Assembly (NCBI GenBank): GCA_028705255.1
Contig: JAQWDW010000006.1
Coordinates: 5,562-69,561, forward strand
Direction: 5' to 3'
DNA length: 64,000 nt
Source of the DNA: Proteiniphilum sp.
GTDB taxonomy: Bacteria > Bacteroidota > Bacteroidia > Bacteroidales > Dysgonomonadaceae
Under the pieces are notes generated by a model. It ran no database searches and was not told the DNA's origin. It saw only the letters and a list, made by a program, of their open reading frames with translations. Positions 31,151 through 41,564 of this stretch are shown here, piece by piece (the stretch's first letter is position 1; each line of letters starts with the position of its first letter). The position numbers and the translations under genes were made by a program.

Positions 31151-32801
31151 ACTGGTACTTGAACCGCTTGATGCTTCGTTTTGGCGTTTTCTCAAACTCC
31201 TCATCCCGTATTTTAAAAGAGATTATTTTGCTGTAAGAGGGCAATTTGACGTTGATATCGCTGACGATCTTCCCAAAGAAGTTCGTCAGCTGATCGGCGG
31301 CAATGCCTTCTGCCTTCAGCACTTCGTAGTCGGGCACAATAAGAGCCACCACTTTGTGGTTGTCCTCAATTGCCAGCGATTCACTTACATAGGGAGAGCT
31401 GTTTATTTTCTCTTCGATATCTTCGGGATAGATATTTTGTCCCGAAGGACCCAGGATCATGTTTTTGTTCCTGCCCCGTATGAACACGAAGTTATCTTTG
31501 TCGAGCGTTCCGAGGTCGCCCGTTTTTAGCCAACCATCGGGTGTGAAAACCTGCCTGGTCACTTCTTCGTTTTTATAATAACCCAACATCAGGTTACTGC
31601 CACGGGTGAGTATCTCACCCACTACTTTTTCCGGATCTTCGGAATCGATCTTCACCTCCATTCTGTCGACCACCTTGCCACAGGAACGCTCCTTAAAATC
31701 GGTCCAGAATACATAGGAGACAAGAGGGCCGCACTCGGTCATGCCGTAGCCCACGGAATAAGGGAACTTGATTTTCCGCAAGAACTTCTCCACATCGCCA
31801 TTCAAAGCCGCACCTCCAATGACCACCTCAACCAGGTTGCCACCAAAGAATTCGATCATCGACTTCCGTACCTTGTTGTAGATCAATTTGTTTAGCAGGG
31901 GCATCTTGATGATTGTCGCTGCTGCACCCTTTTTCAGTTTCGGTAAAACATTCCGGTTGACAATCTTTTCGATGATGAGCGGTACTGCCAGAACCAGCTT
32001 GGGCTTATACTCGGCAAATGCTTCCATCAATACCTTGGGGGAAGGCGTCTTCCCCAGAAAGCAAATATGGCATCCCATCGAGATGGAGTTGAGTACCTCA
32101 AAGGAAAGTCCGTAAGCATGCGCCATGGGCAGCATACAGACAATGTTGTCACCCGCATGGATGAATTCGAGGCAGTCGTTGGCAAATTTGGTATTCGACC
32201 ACAAGCTGCGATAGGGCAGCATCACCCCTTTGGGACTACTGGTGGTGCCCGATGTATAATTGATGACTGCGAGCTCCTCGGGTTTTTCGGTGCGAAAAGA
32301 AAGGTCATTGACGAAGAACCCCATTTCATATTTTTTCTCAAAATAGGAGGGGGCAGCATGGACAAATGCACCCACCTGATCGGATGTACTTTTTAACAGC
32401 GCAAAGTCGTCGAGTGAAAACACATTCTCAACCTTGGGCAGAGTGGCTTCATTGATCCGACTCCATATGGCCTCATCCACAAAAAACATCTTCGAATCGG
32501 AGTGATCTACAATAAACTGCACACTCTCATTGTCGAATTCATGCAGGATACTTACTGCCACTGCTCCATAGGAGAGGGTGGCAAAAAAAACAATTGCCCA
32601 GCGGGCCGAGTTCTTGCCACAAATCGAGATCTTATCACCACGCTTTATGCCGGCAGCATTGAAATATTCGTGCAGTTGATCAATTTCGCGGGCAAAATCT
32701 TTGTAATAGAAGGTCCTTCCCTCAAAGTCGGTCATGGCTGGTGCATCCCAATTATTGCGGAAGCTTTGTTCAATCAAGCCTAAAAAAGAGTTGTTCGTCA
32801 T
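31149..32801 (-). CDS. Long-chain-fatty-acid--CoA ligase (AMP-binding)
   Basis: YTSGTTSSPKG, GYGMTE, TGDLG, GR.KNMI. Confidence 0.92.
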   Translation of the reverse strand: MTNNSFLGLIEQSFRNNWDAPAMTDFEGRTFYYKDFAREIDQLHEYFNAAGIKRGDKISICGKNSARWAIVFFATLSYGAVAVSILHEFDNESVQFIVDHSDSKMFFVDEAIWSRINEATLPKVENVFSLDDFALLKSTSDQVGAFVHAAPSYFEKKYEMGFFVNDLSFRTEKPEELAVINYTSGTTSSPKGVMLPYRSLWSNTKFANDCLEFIHAGDNIVCMLPMAHAYGLSFEVLNSISMGCHICFLGKTPSPKVLMEAFAEYKPKLVLAVPLIIEKIVNRNVLPKLKKGAAATIIKMPLLNKLIYNKVRKSMIEFFGGNLVEVVIGGAALNGDVEKFLRKIKFPYSVGYGMTECGPLVSYVFWTDFKERSCGKVVDRMEVKIDSEDPEKVVGEILTRGSNLMLGYYKNEEVTRQVFTPDGWLKTGDLGTLDKDNFVFIRGRNKNMILGPSGQNIYPEDIEEKINSSPYVSESLAIEDNHKVVALIVPDYEVLKAEGIAADQLTNFFGKIVSDINVKLPSYSKIISFKIRDEEFEKTPKRSIKRFKYQ

Positions 32802-33168
32802 TATGCTAATTTCTTTAGATTACATCCATGATTCTCCGTAAAGCCGATCATGCACCTTCTGCAGGAAATGCGACCCTACCTTCAAATTTTTCATTTTAGT
32901 CACCGTTGCCTGTATGAAAACCTTTTTCCGTTTTGCAGTACCAAGGGACGAAAACGAAATTACAAAAAGAAACGATCAAATGTAAACAAATTTACCGATT
33001 TTGGTGATTTATTGTTGAAATTTACCCGGATATATTTTTTTTTGCCCACTCCTAGCTTGTTTCTCTCTATAAAATTTCGTTTTATTTCTTTTTTATCTTA
33101 CTTTTACGATTGTGTTTACTTTTGAAGAAAAGTTGGAAAAATCTAACAGGTTATATTTACAAAAAAAA

Positions 33169-33654
33169 ATGCGTTTATCTCAATATAGCAAATCCCAATT
33201 GTATGCATTGTTTACATTGCGCATGTTCATCGGATGGTACTTTTTATACGAAGGATTGGCAAAATTATTCACCCCCAACTGGTCAGCATATGGTTATTTG
33301 ATCGACTCGAAAGGAGTTTTTGCCTCCTTATTTTTACAACTGGCTGAAAATCCAGTCATGCTTGATGTGGTCAACTTCGTCAACGCCTGGGGACTGACAT
33401 TCGTTGGTTTGTCGCTGATTTTGGGTTTGCTCACCCGGCTGGGTTCCCTTGGCGCTTTCCTTTTTTTGTTATTGTTTTATCTTTCCCATCCTCCACTGTT
33501 AAATGTGGAATACATGATGCCTACTGAAGGCTCCTATTTATGGATCGATAAAAACCTGATCATGCTGCTATCGGTTCTGGTGTTGGCGCTATTTCCCACA
33601 TCCAGGATCATCGGTCTTGACAGTTTGCTGTTTCGCAAGGGTAAAAAACAATAA
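33169..33654 (+). CDS. DoxX/DoxD-family membrane protein
   Basis: LRMFIGWYFLYEGLAK, G.SLILGLLTR, WIDKNLI. The start is taken at ATG 33169. Confidence 0.82.
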   Translation: MRLSQYSKSQLYALFTLRMFIGWYFLYEGLAKLFTPNWSAYGYLIDSKGVFASLFLQLAENPVMLDVVNFVNAWGLTFVGLSLILGLLTRLGSLGAFLFLLLFYLSHPPLLNVEYMMPTEGSYLWIDKNLIMLLSVLVLALFPTSRIIGLDSLLFRKGKKQ

Positions 33655-33723
33655 GTTATGCATCCTGGAATTCATGCAAATTCAACGGAGAAGGGAACGA
33701 TATAATCAGGAACGTACACTTTT

Positions 33724-35379
33724 ATGAACGAAGAAGAAAAAAATATACGACAAGAAGGAGAAGATAAACCGGGGAAGGAGGTCTCACAGGGACGGCGCGA
33801 CACGCTCAAAGCTTTGGTAGCAGTACCTGTATTGGGAGCCATGGCCTATGGTGTGTATCAGAAGAAAAAGAAGGAACTCACCAACCGTGATGCCGCTGAA
33901 ATGTTTCGCATGAAAAGCGATGTTGCCCCTTACAGTCCCACCGTATCAGATGCCGCCATCATCAGACTTGGGATCATCGGTTATGGTATCCGAGGAACAC
34001 AGTTGATGCAGGCGTTGGGTTTTGCAACACCTGAATATGTGGAGACTCAAAAGGATTTATCCAAAACGGGCAGTACCCGCTATCAGGACTTTCTGGAGCA
34101 GGAGGATCTGCGGGTGGAGATTACCGCAGTATGCGACATTTTCGATCCCTATGCAGCGGATGCCATCCGTGCCGGTTCTAATATTTACCGGGAAGGTGTG
34201 AACGGGAAGTACGGAGCACAACCGAAGCGCTATCTTCATTACAGGGAACTGCTGGCTGCACCCGACGTGGATGCCGTGGTGATCGCCTCACCTGATCACT
34301 GGCACGGCACGATGGCCATGGATGCCGTGAGGGCCGGCAAACATGTCTATGTGGAAAAGCCCATGACATGGACAGTACCCGAGACCTACATGCTTCGTAC
34401 ATTGGTAAAAGAAAATCCTCAGGTTGTATTTCAACTGGGACATCAGAACAGACAAATAGAGGCGTATGAACGTGCCCGCCAAATCGTGGAAAATAACCTC
34501 CTGGGTAAGATCACGCTGATTGAAACAGGCACCAACCGGAACGATCCCAACGGAGCGTGGGTTTATCCGATTCATGAAGAGGCCAACCCGAAGAATATCG
34601 ACTGGAAACAATTTGAAGGAGATCCAGAGAGAGTAAAAGAGTACATGGATTACATGACTTCTGCGGGTTTGGCGAAGTATGTTGGACCCGAACCGAGGGA
34701 TAAATTCAGTCTGGAACGTTTTTTTCGGTGGCGCTGTTGGTGGGATTACAGTACAGGATTGAGTGGCGACCTGCTCACACACGAATACGATGCCATGAAT
34801 CAGATACTCAATATAGGTATACCTTCATCGGCCAGTTCATCGGGAGGGGTTTACTTCTTTAAGGATGGACGCACCGTACCGGATGTGCTACAGACCGTGT
34901 TTGAATTCAAGGACAAGGATATGACCATGTTCTATTCCGCTACATTGGCCAATCAATTCAGCCGTAGCAGAAAGATCATGGGGCAAGACGCCACCATGGA
35001 GGTGGGCAACATGCTCACTGTGACGGTGGACCCGCAAACGGTGCAATACCGTCAGAAAGTGGAGCAAGGTATCATCAAACCAGGTGAGCCCTTTTACACC
35101 TACGTGCCAGGGCAAAGTGTGGATGCGGTGTCCACAGCTACTGAACGATATTTTGCGGAACGGGGGCTGCTCTATTCATATATCAGCGGCAAACGTTTCA
35201 ACACCACCTTCCTTCATCTGAAAGAGTGGATCAGTTGTATTCGGAGTGGAAAACAGCCTTCCTGCGGCATCGATCAGGGTTTCGAGGAAGCCATTACGGC
35301 GCACATGGGAACAAGGGCTTATCTGGAAGGACGAACCATGTATTGGGATAAAGACAAAGAAGAAATTACAAGAGAATAA
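33724..35379 (+). CDS. Gfo/Idh/MocA oxidoreductase with a Tat-like motif
   Basis: GRRDTLK, GIIGYG.RG, PDHWH, HVYVEKP, WRCWWDY..G..GDLL.H. Confidence 0.9.
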   Translation: MNEEEKNIRQEGEDKPGKEVSQGRRDTLKALVAVPVLGAMAYGVYQKKKKELTNRDAAEMFRMKSDVAPYSPTVSDAAIIRLGIIGYGIRGTQLMQALGFATPEYVETQKDLSKTGSTRYQDFLEQEDLRVEITAVCDIFDPYAADAIRAGSNIYREGVNGKYGAQPKRYLHYRELLAAPDVDAVVIASPDHWHGTMAMDAVRAGKHVYVEKPMTWTVPETYMLRTLVKENPQVVFQLGHQNRQIEAYERARQIVENNLLGKITLIETGTNRNDPNGAWVYPIHEEANPKNIDWKQFEGDPERVKEYMDYMTSAGLAKYVGPEPRDKFSLERFFRWRCWWDYSTGLSGDLLTHEYDAMNQILNIGIPSSASSSGGVYFFKDGRTVPDVLQTVFEFKDKDMTMFYSATLANQFSRSRKIMGQDATMEVGNMLTVTVDPQTVQYRQKVEQGIIKPGEPFYTYVPGQSVDAVSTATERYFAERGLLYSYISGKRFNTTFLHLKEWISCIRSGKQPSCGIDQGFEEAITAHMGTRAYLEGRTMYWDKDKEEITRE

Positions 35380-35419
35380 CCATTATTAACTGAGAGTTAA
35401 AACCAAAAAAAAATTACTT

Positions 35420-36889
35420 ATGTCATCAAAAATTTCAAGAAGAAGATTCTTAGAAACGGGTGCTATTGCTGCAGCCGGTCTAACAGTGGTACCTTCGTCG
35501 GTACTTGGAAAGAGTATGGGTTACACTGCCCCGAGCGATAAATTGAATATCGCGGGAGTGGGTATTGGAGGTATGGGTTTTGCTAACCTGAAGAACCTGG
35601 AAAGCCAGAATATCGTAGGTTTGTGCGATGTGGACTGGAAATATAGCCAGCGTGTGTTCGATTATTTTCCCAAAGCAAAGAAATACTACGATTACAGAAA
35701 GATGTATGAAGAGTTGGGGAAAAGCATCGATGCAGTGGTTGTAGCTACAGCAGACCATACCCACGCACTGATTGCAGCCGAAGCAATTACCATGGGCAAA
35801 CATGTCTATGTACAAAAGCCGCTTACGCACAGCGTATATGAATCACGTTTGCTGACCAAACTGGCCAAAAAGTACAAAGTAGCAACCAGCATGGGTAACC
35901 AGGGTTCATCCGGCCCCGGCGTGCGTCAGGTAGTCGACTGGATCAGGGACGGACAGATTGGCGAAATAACAAAGGTGGAGACATTCACTGACAGGCCCAT
36001 CTGGCCACAGGGATTGATGACCCCACAAAAGGCCGACAAGATACCCTCTACCCTGAAATGGGATCTTTTCATCGGGCCGGCCAACAACCGTCCCTTCAAC
36101 AACATCTATCATCCCTGGAACTGGCGTGGATGGTGGGATTTTGGTACAGGTGCCTTGGGTGATATGGCTTGCCACATTCTTCATCCTGTATTCAAGGGGT
36201 TGAACCTGGGTTATCCTACAAAGGTACAGGGATCATCTACCATGCTGCTGAACGACTGTGCTCCCAATGCTCAGATGGTGAAGTATGTGTTCCCACAGCG
36301 TGACAACATGCCCAAGGTAGGTATGCCCGAAGTAGAGGTATACTGGTATGATGGAGGTCTCCTTCCCATGCGTCCCGAAGGTGTACCGGCCGGCAAAAAT
36401 CTGAACGACTCGGGTGGTGCTGTGATCTTCCATGGTACAAAAGACACCCTGATCTGTGGATGTTACGGTGTGAACCCATGGTTGGTATCGGGTCGTAAGC
36501 CCAATTCTCCCAAAACACAGCGTGAAGTAACCCTTTCTCACGAAATGGACTGGGTGCGTGCCTGCAAAGAATCGGCAGCAAACCGCGTAGAAACAGCTTC
36601 TCCTTTCGCCGAAGCAGGGCCTTTCAACGAAATGGTGGTTATGGGCGTTCTCGCCGTAAGACTGCAGTCGTTGAATCAGGAACTGGAATGGGATGGCGAA
36701 AATATGCGTTTCACCAATATTCCTGCTGACGCCAATATCAGAACCATTATCGAAGACGGTTTCAAAATTACCGACGGTCATCCTACTTTCAATAAGACCT
36801 GGACTGAACCGGTGAATGCTGTAGCATACGCCAATGAGCTTATCAAGCATACATACAAAAACGGTTACGAATTACCGGCTATGCCGTAA
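35420..36889 (+). CDS. Gfo/Idh/MocA oxidoreductase, Tat-exported
   Basis: SRRRFL, GIGGMG, DHTHA, HVYVQKP, WRGWWDFGTGALGDMACH. Confidence 0.92.
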   Translation: MSSKISRRRFLETGAIAAAGLTVVPSSVLGKSMGYTAPSDKLNIAGVGIGGMGFANLKNLESQNIVGLCDVDWKYSQRVFDYFPKAKKYYDYRKMYEELGKSIDAVVVATADHTHALIAAEAITMGKHVYVQKPLTHSVYESRLLTKLAKKYKVATSMGNQGSSGPGVRQVVDWIRDGQIGEITKVETFTDRPIWPQGLMTPQKADKIPSTLKWDLFIGPANNRPFNNIYHPWNWRGWWDFGTGALGDMACHILHPVFKGLNLGYPTKVQGSSTMLLNDCAPNAQMVKYVFPQRDNMPKVGMPEVEVYWYDGGLLPMRPEGVPAGKNLNDSGGAVIFHGTKDTLICGCYGVNPWLVSGRKPNSPKTQREVTLSHEMDWVRACKESAANRVETASPFAEAGPFNEMVVMGVLAVRLQSLNQELEWDGENMRFTNIPADANIRTIIEDGFKITDGHPTFNKTWTEPVNAVAYANELIKHTYKNGYELPAMP

Positions 36890-36900
36890 TTAATGTCTCG

Positions 36901-36943
36901 AAGGGAACAACGATGGCTTCGTCCGTTGTTGTTCCCTTTCTTT
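36901..36943 (+). terminator. Intra-operon hairpin (terminator or mRNA stabiliser)
   Basis: AAGGGAACAAC/GTTGTTCCCTT arms, TTCG in the loop, followed by TCTTT. Confidence 0.55.
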
Positions 36944-36983
36944 CACAATTAAATTGTCTGTTTAATTAAAAAGAAAAATAGTT

Positions 36984-37760
36984 ATGAAAAAAGTTTTTTA
37001 TTTGTTTAGTTTACTCATTATGTCAGGTATGATTTTCGCATCTTGTACCAACGCCAGCAAACAATCCGCGGCTACCGATGGCGTTGATTCCACCGAAGTG
37101 GTTGCAGCTGATGAAGGTTGGATCACTCTTTTCAATGGAACTGATTTCACTGGCTGGCGTGGTTACAACCGTGCCGACATGCCGGCAGCATGGACCATCG
37201 AGGATGGAGCCATCAAGATCAACGGTTCGGGTATGGGTGAAGCAGGTGCCAAGGATGGCGGTGACATCATCTATGACCAGAAATTCAAGAATTTTGAACT
37301 TACCTTCGAGTGGAAAGTGTCAGAAGGCGGTAACAGCGGTATCTTCTATCTGGCTCAGGAAGTAGAAGGAAAACCCATCTACGAATCCTCACCCGAATAT
37401 CAAATACTCGACAACGAAAGACACCCAGATGCAAAATTGGGTAAGGACGGAAACCGTAAGTCGGCTTCTCTTTATGATTTGGTTCCTGCCGTGCCGCAGA
37501 ATTCAAAACCTGCTGGTGAATGGAATACCGGTAGTATCATGGTATACAAGGGCACCGTTATCCACTCTCAGAATGGAGAAAACGTAGTGGAGTATCATCT
37601 CTGGACAGACGCATGGAAAGAAATGGTTGCTGGAAGCAAGTTCAAAGACTGGCCTAACTTCCTGAATGCAGGTGGTGAGAACCAGGAAGGTTACATCGGC
37701 TTGCAGGATCATGGCGACGATGTATGGTACAAAAATATCAAAATTAAAATATTGGATTAA
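36984..37760 (+). CDS. DUF1080 lipoprotein (3-ketoglycoside hydrolase/lyase family)
   Basis: Lipobox FASC, LFNG.DF.GW, GNSGIF, EYQILD, GEWN, IGLQDHG..VWYKNIKI. Confidence 0.9.
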   Translation: MKKVFYLFSLLIMSGMIFASCTNASKQSAATDGVDSTEVVAADEGWITLFNGTDFTGWRGYNRADMPAAWTIEDGAIKINGSGMGEAGAKDGGDIIYDQKFKNFELTFEWKVSEGGNSGIFYLAQEVEGKPIYESSPEYQILDNERHPDAKLGKDGNRKSASLYDLVPAVPQNSKPAGEWNTGSIMVYKGTVIHSQNGENVVEYHLWTDAWKEMVAGSKFKDWPNFLNAGGENQEGYIGLQDHGDDVWYKNIKIKILD

Positions 37761-37818
37761 GAACCCCTAAAGGATATTTCCCCTTCGGGTGGAAATATTC
37801 TTTAATAAAAAAAATACA

Positions 37819-38709
37819 ATGAAAAAACGTTCCATGTTACTAAGTACAGCGTTGCTGTGTAGCTTGTTCATTTTCTCAGGCTGTGAGCAAGGACAGCAAA
37901 AAAATGCTCCTGCAGAAAAAAAAGATATTTATCTCCAGTTATATTCCGTACGTGATGACATCAAGGCCAATTATGCTGCGATCATCGACAGCGTGGCTAA
38001 AATTGGCTACACTGGAGTGGAAGCCGCTGGTTACGCCGACGGTCAGTTCTACGGGATGTCTCCCGCCGATTTCAAGAAGTCGATCGAGGATGCTGGTATG
38101 CAAGTATTGTCGTCGCATACTGGTCGCCCGCTGGCAGAACCCACTTCCGACACCAACTGGGAAGAAACCTGGGCATGGTGGGATACCGCTATTCAGGCAC
38201 ACAAAGATGCCGGTATGAAGTATCTGGTGGTTGCCTGGATCCCAACCCCCAAAACGTTGGCCGACCTGAAGGCTTACTGCGACTACTTCAACCAGATCGG
38301 TGAGAAATGTAATGCCGCCGGCCTTCGGTTTGGCTATCACAATCACAACTTTGAATTTAAAGAAGTGGAAGGTGAAGTGATGTACGATTATATGTTGAAA
38401 AATACCGATCCTGCAAAAGTGTTCTTCCAAATGGATGTTTATTGGACCGTCATGGGACAAAAAGCTCCTGTAGATTATTTCAATGAATATCCTGGACGTT
38501 TTGAGATCCTTCATATCAAAGACAGCAAGGAATTAGGTCAAAGCGGAATGGTAGGATTTGATGCTATCTATAACAATGCAGATAAAGCAGGGGCCAAATA
38601 TATGGTCGTGGAAGTTGAAAGATACACCGGTACTCCTCTCGAAGGAGTAAAGGAAAGTTATGATTATTTGAATACTGCAGCTTTTGTGAAAGGGAGCTAC
38701 TCCAAATAA
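37819..38709 (+). CDS. Sugar-phosphate isomerase/epimerase TIM-barrel lipoprotein (AP_endonuc_2)
   Basis: Lipobox FSGC, LQLYSVR, FGYHNHNFEF, FQMDVYW, LHIKD, VEVE. Confidence 0.88.
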   Translation: MKKRSMLLSTALLCSLFIFSGCEQGQQKNAPAEKKDIYLQLYSVRDDIKANYAAIIDSVAKIGYTGVEAAGYADGQFYGMSPADFKKSIEDAGMQVLSSHTGRPLAEPTSDTNWEETWAWWDTAIQAHKDAGMKYLVVAWIPTPKTLADLKAYCDYFNQIGEKCNAAGLRFGYHNHNFEFKEVEGEVMYDYMLKNTDPAKVFFQMDVYWTVMGQKAPVDYFNEYPGRFEILHIKDSKELGQSGMVGFDAIYNNADKAGAKYMVVEVERYTGTPLEGVKESYDYLNTAAFVKGSYSK

Positions 38710-38727
38710 TTTTTCACCTTTTTGGTG

Positions 38728-38770
38728 CAAACAAAGAACCCAGGGCATAGGTCCCGGGTTTTTTTGTTTG
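38728..38770. terminator. Bidirectional terminator between convergent genes
   Basis: CAAACAAAGAACCC...GGGTTTTTTTGTTTG imperfect hairpin. Confidence 0.6.
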
Positions 38771-38802
38771 TGCAGTTTACAAGTTTCCCTTTTGAGTGGA
38801 AA

Positions 38803-40737
38803 CTATATATTGAATTCAATGATGATTTCTGTACCTTCTTCTGCATCAGATAAAATATTCATTGAGCCTTTGGCAGAAGCCACCCGGTTGCTGATATTAT
38901 TTAATCCGGTTCCTTTTGTGGTTTTCCTCGGATCAAAACCTTTGCCGTTGTCTTGCACGGTAAGCGATATCCTGTCGGCCTGCTGTATGACCTGTACATT
39001 TATCTGAGTTGCTTCGCTGTGCTTGAGTGCATTGTTCACCAATTCAAAAGACGAGCGGTATAGCATCATCTCCAGTTTACCATCCAGCCTTTTCTCCTCT
39101 CCATAAAAATGAAAGTCCACATTGTCCAGATCACTACAAAAATCCTGGAGAGAGGTCTTCAGACCATATTGGAGCAACGACTCGGGCATTAGGTTGTGTG
39201 CCACACGTCGTAGTTCTCTGATTGAATTGTCGAGCATAGCCATCACCTTGGTCACCTTTGTTACATCGTTTTCCGTGAGGGCCCCATTTTCTTTTTTCAG
39301 ATCAAAAAGATTGAGTTTTATCGCTGAGAGCATACCTCCCAGGCCGTCATGCATATCCTGAGCCAGCCTCGATCGTTCTGCCTTCTCTCCTTCCATAATA
39401 GCATTGGCAGCGACGAGCTGTTTTTCTTTTTCAAGTTGTTTTACCTCTTGTTCGACAAGCTCTTTTTTTGCTTTTATTGCTTTTTGACTGAAAAAGAGCA
39501 GCACGATCAACATCACGGAAATCAGTATAACCGATATATAGATGATTCGCGATATTTTCCTGTCGCTTTCCAGCGCTGCGATGACCAATTCTTTCTTTTC
39601 TGTTTGATAGACTGATTCGAGTAAATCGGCATGGCGTAATCTATCTGCGTCCATCAACGTATCTTTCAGCAAATAAGCCCGGTTAAGATAATCATATGCT
39701 TTCCGATAATCGCCATCTTGTGCCGATATGAGTGAAAAATCTACCCACAGTGTATGCTTCATATCATCGGAACCCATTTTTTCCGTCAGCAGTAACGCGT
39801 CCTCCGATACTTGTCTGGCTTCCTCATATTTGCCATCGGCAATCAATGCACCGGAAAGGTTGATCAGGATCCTCATCTGTTCCCATTCATTGGTCAGATA
39901 AAGGGCATAGTCGTATGCCATTTTATATTCAGTCACGGCTCGTGCATAGTCTTTGATGTTCGTGTAATAGTTGCCGTAATTGAGATGTACAAGCTCCATG
40001 ATGTAGTGATCCTGACGCTTTTCGGCAATTTTCTTTGATGACTCAATATAAAGCAGCGCTTTTTCAAACTTTCCCTGCAGAATCAATACATCGGCCAGAG
40101 TGATGCCGGCCACCGATATCATGTAGCTGTCGTCGTTCTTCTCAGCGAGTTCAAGACTTTCGGTGGCATACTTCTCAGCTTTGGGATAATCTTTCAGGAA
40201 CGAGTAAAGATTGGAGAGATTGTTGAGTGTTTTGGGGCGAATGATTCGGTCTCCAATGGCATCAAAAAATGTAAGTGCCTGTGTATAGTATTCAATTGCT
40301 TTCACATAATCACTTTGTCTGTGATAGATGGTTGCAAGATTGTGGTGTACGGCCCCTCTTCCCTTTATTCCTTCTTCATTTTCCAACTTTCTGAAAATCT
40401 TGTCTGCTTTGTGGCATGCTTCGAGGGCTGCAGTGTAGTCGCCGGAAATGTCAGTATAATAACTTCCCAACAACCGGTATCCATTTGCTTCGCTTGGCTT
40501 GTCGTTCTGCTCCTTAGACAAAGCGACTGCCTTCAGGGCGACCTGAAACGACAGTTGGGGATCTGTATAAAGTAATTCCCTCCCTCGGATGAGCAAAGAA
40601 TCAATCGTCGTTTTTCCCTTTTTGTCTGTAAACAGACGGACAAGAGAATCGGCAGGAGTTGTAGCTGACACCCCAGTCGTAGCCACAACCAAAAAGAATA
40701 AGATCAAATCACGACTATGAAATGTTCGTTTTGCCAT
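38803..40737 (-). CDS. TPR-sensor histidine kinase (HisKA_3 type)
   Basis: Signal/TM, TPR repeats, TM, then ERSRLAQDMHDGLGG, ELVNNALKHS, DNGKGF, G.GL. The start is taken at ATG 40737 (MAKRT); the track start is 40869. Confidence 0.88.
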   Translation of the reverse strand: MAKRTFHSRDLILFFLVVATTGVSATTPADSLVRLFTDKKGKTTIDSLLIRGRELLYTDPQLSFQVALKAVALSKEQNDKPSEANGYRLLGSYYTDISGDYTAALEACHKADKIFRKLENEEGIKGRGAVHHNLATIYHRQSDYVKAIEYYTQALTFFDAIGDRIIRPKTLNNLSNLYSFLKDYPKAEKYATESLELAEKNDDSYMISVAGITLADVLILQGKFEKALLYIESSKKIAEKRQDHYIMELVHLNYGNYYTNIKDYARAVTEYKMAYDYALYLTNEWEQMRILINLSGALIADGKYEEARQVSEDALLLTEKMGSDDMKHTLWVDFSLISAQDGDYRKAYDYLNRAYLLKDTLMDADRLRHADLLESVYQTEKKELVIAALESDRKISRIIYISVILISVMLIVLLFFSQKAIKAKKELVEQEVKQLEKEKQLVAANAIMEGEKAERSRLAQDMHDGLGGMLSAIKLNLFDLKKENGALTENDVTKVTKVMAMLDNSIRELRRVAHNLMPESLLQYGLKTSLQDFCSDLDNVDFHFYGEEKRLDGKLEMMLYRSSFELVNNALKHSEATQINVQVIQQADRISLTVQDNGKGFDPRKTTKGTGLNNISNRVASAKGSMNILSDAEEGTEIIIEFNI

Positions 40738-40819
40738 GCTTTTGCGCTTACAGGGATCAGGATGTAAATATACCATTTTTTTTTTAAGATAATATTTATT
40801 TGCATAAATTAAATAAAAA

Positions 40820-40835
40820 ACCCCTTTTAGGGGGT
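40820..40835. promoter_or_regulatory. Palindrome upstream of the Yip1 gene, candidate response-regulator box
   Basis: ACCCC-TTTTAG-GGGGT, 22 nt upstream of a TATTTTTG -7 box (40858-40865). An extra half-site TACCCC lies at 40845-40850. Confidence 0.35.
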
Positions 40836-40909
40836 GTTTTTCTTTACCCCGAAGCAATATTTTTGTCACAGGTCACATTTTTTTTCACCACTCTTAAATA
40901 AATAAAATC

Positions 40910-41491
40910 ATGGACATCATCAAACGGGCAAAAGACATTCTGGTTACCCCCAAAACAGCATGGAACACAATTGCGGAAGAGAATCAAAATCAGCTGGTAA
41001 TTCTCGTCACTTATCTGATTCCACTGGCACTTATTCCTGCGTTGGCGAGTTTTATTGGTTATGGCATCATCGGTCACAGCGTAATGGGTATTCATGTTGG
41101 TTCCGTGGGTTTTGGACTGCGGCAGGCCATTCTCTCGTTTATTTCGTCGTTGGCGGGGGTCTATCTCTCGGCATGGGTTATCTCCCTCCTGTCACCTAAA
41201 TTTGAACTGACGAAAGACTTTAACAGGGCCTTTCAGCTTGTGTCTTACTCTTATACACCCATATTCGTTGCGGGCATCTTATTGATCATTCCCTCCTTGT
41301 CAATAGTAGCCACACTTGCTGGGTTGTATGGGCTATATCTGCTGTATCAAGGGATGACACCGATATTACAGACGCCAGAAGACAAAAAAAACACTTTTTT
41401 CATTGTCTCTCTGTTGTCGATCATTGTGGCATCCGTATTGGTCTCAACGCTGCTTAGTGCGCTGATCATCAAACCATACTCTTTTCTGTAG
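40910..41491 (+). CDS. Yip1 family membrane protein
   Basis: IL..PK.AW..IAEE, about 5 TM segments, SYSYTP, YGLYLLY.G. Confidence 0.85.
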   Translation: MDIIKRAKDILVTPKTAWNTIAEENQNQLVILVTYLIPLALIPALASFIGYGIIGHSVMGIHVGSVGFGLRQAILSFISSLAGVYLSAWVISLLSPKFELTKDFNRAFQLVSYSYTPIFVAGILLIIPSLSIVATLAGLYGLYLLYQGMTPILQTPEDKKNTFFIVSLLSIIVASVLVSTLLSALIIKPYSFL

Positions 41492-41564
41492 ACAATAAAT
41501 ATCCTATTTGCATGGGTCTGTTTAACCAGTTATTCATGCATATTACATCTAATAATTACCACAA

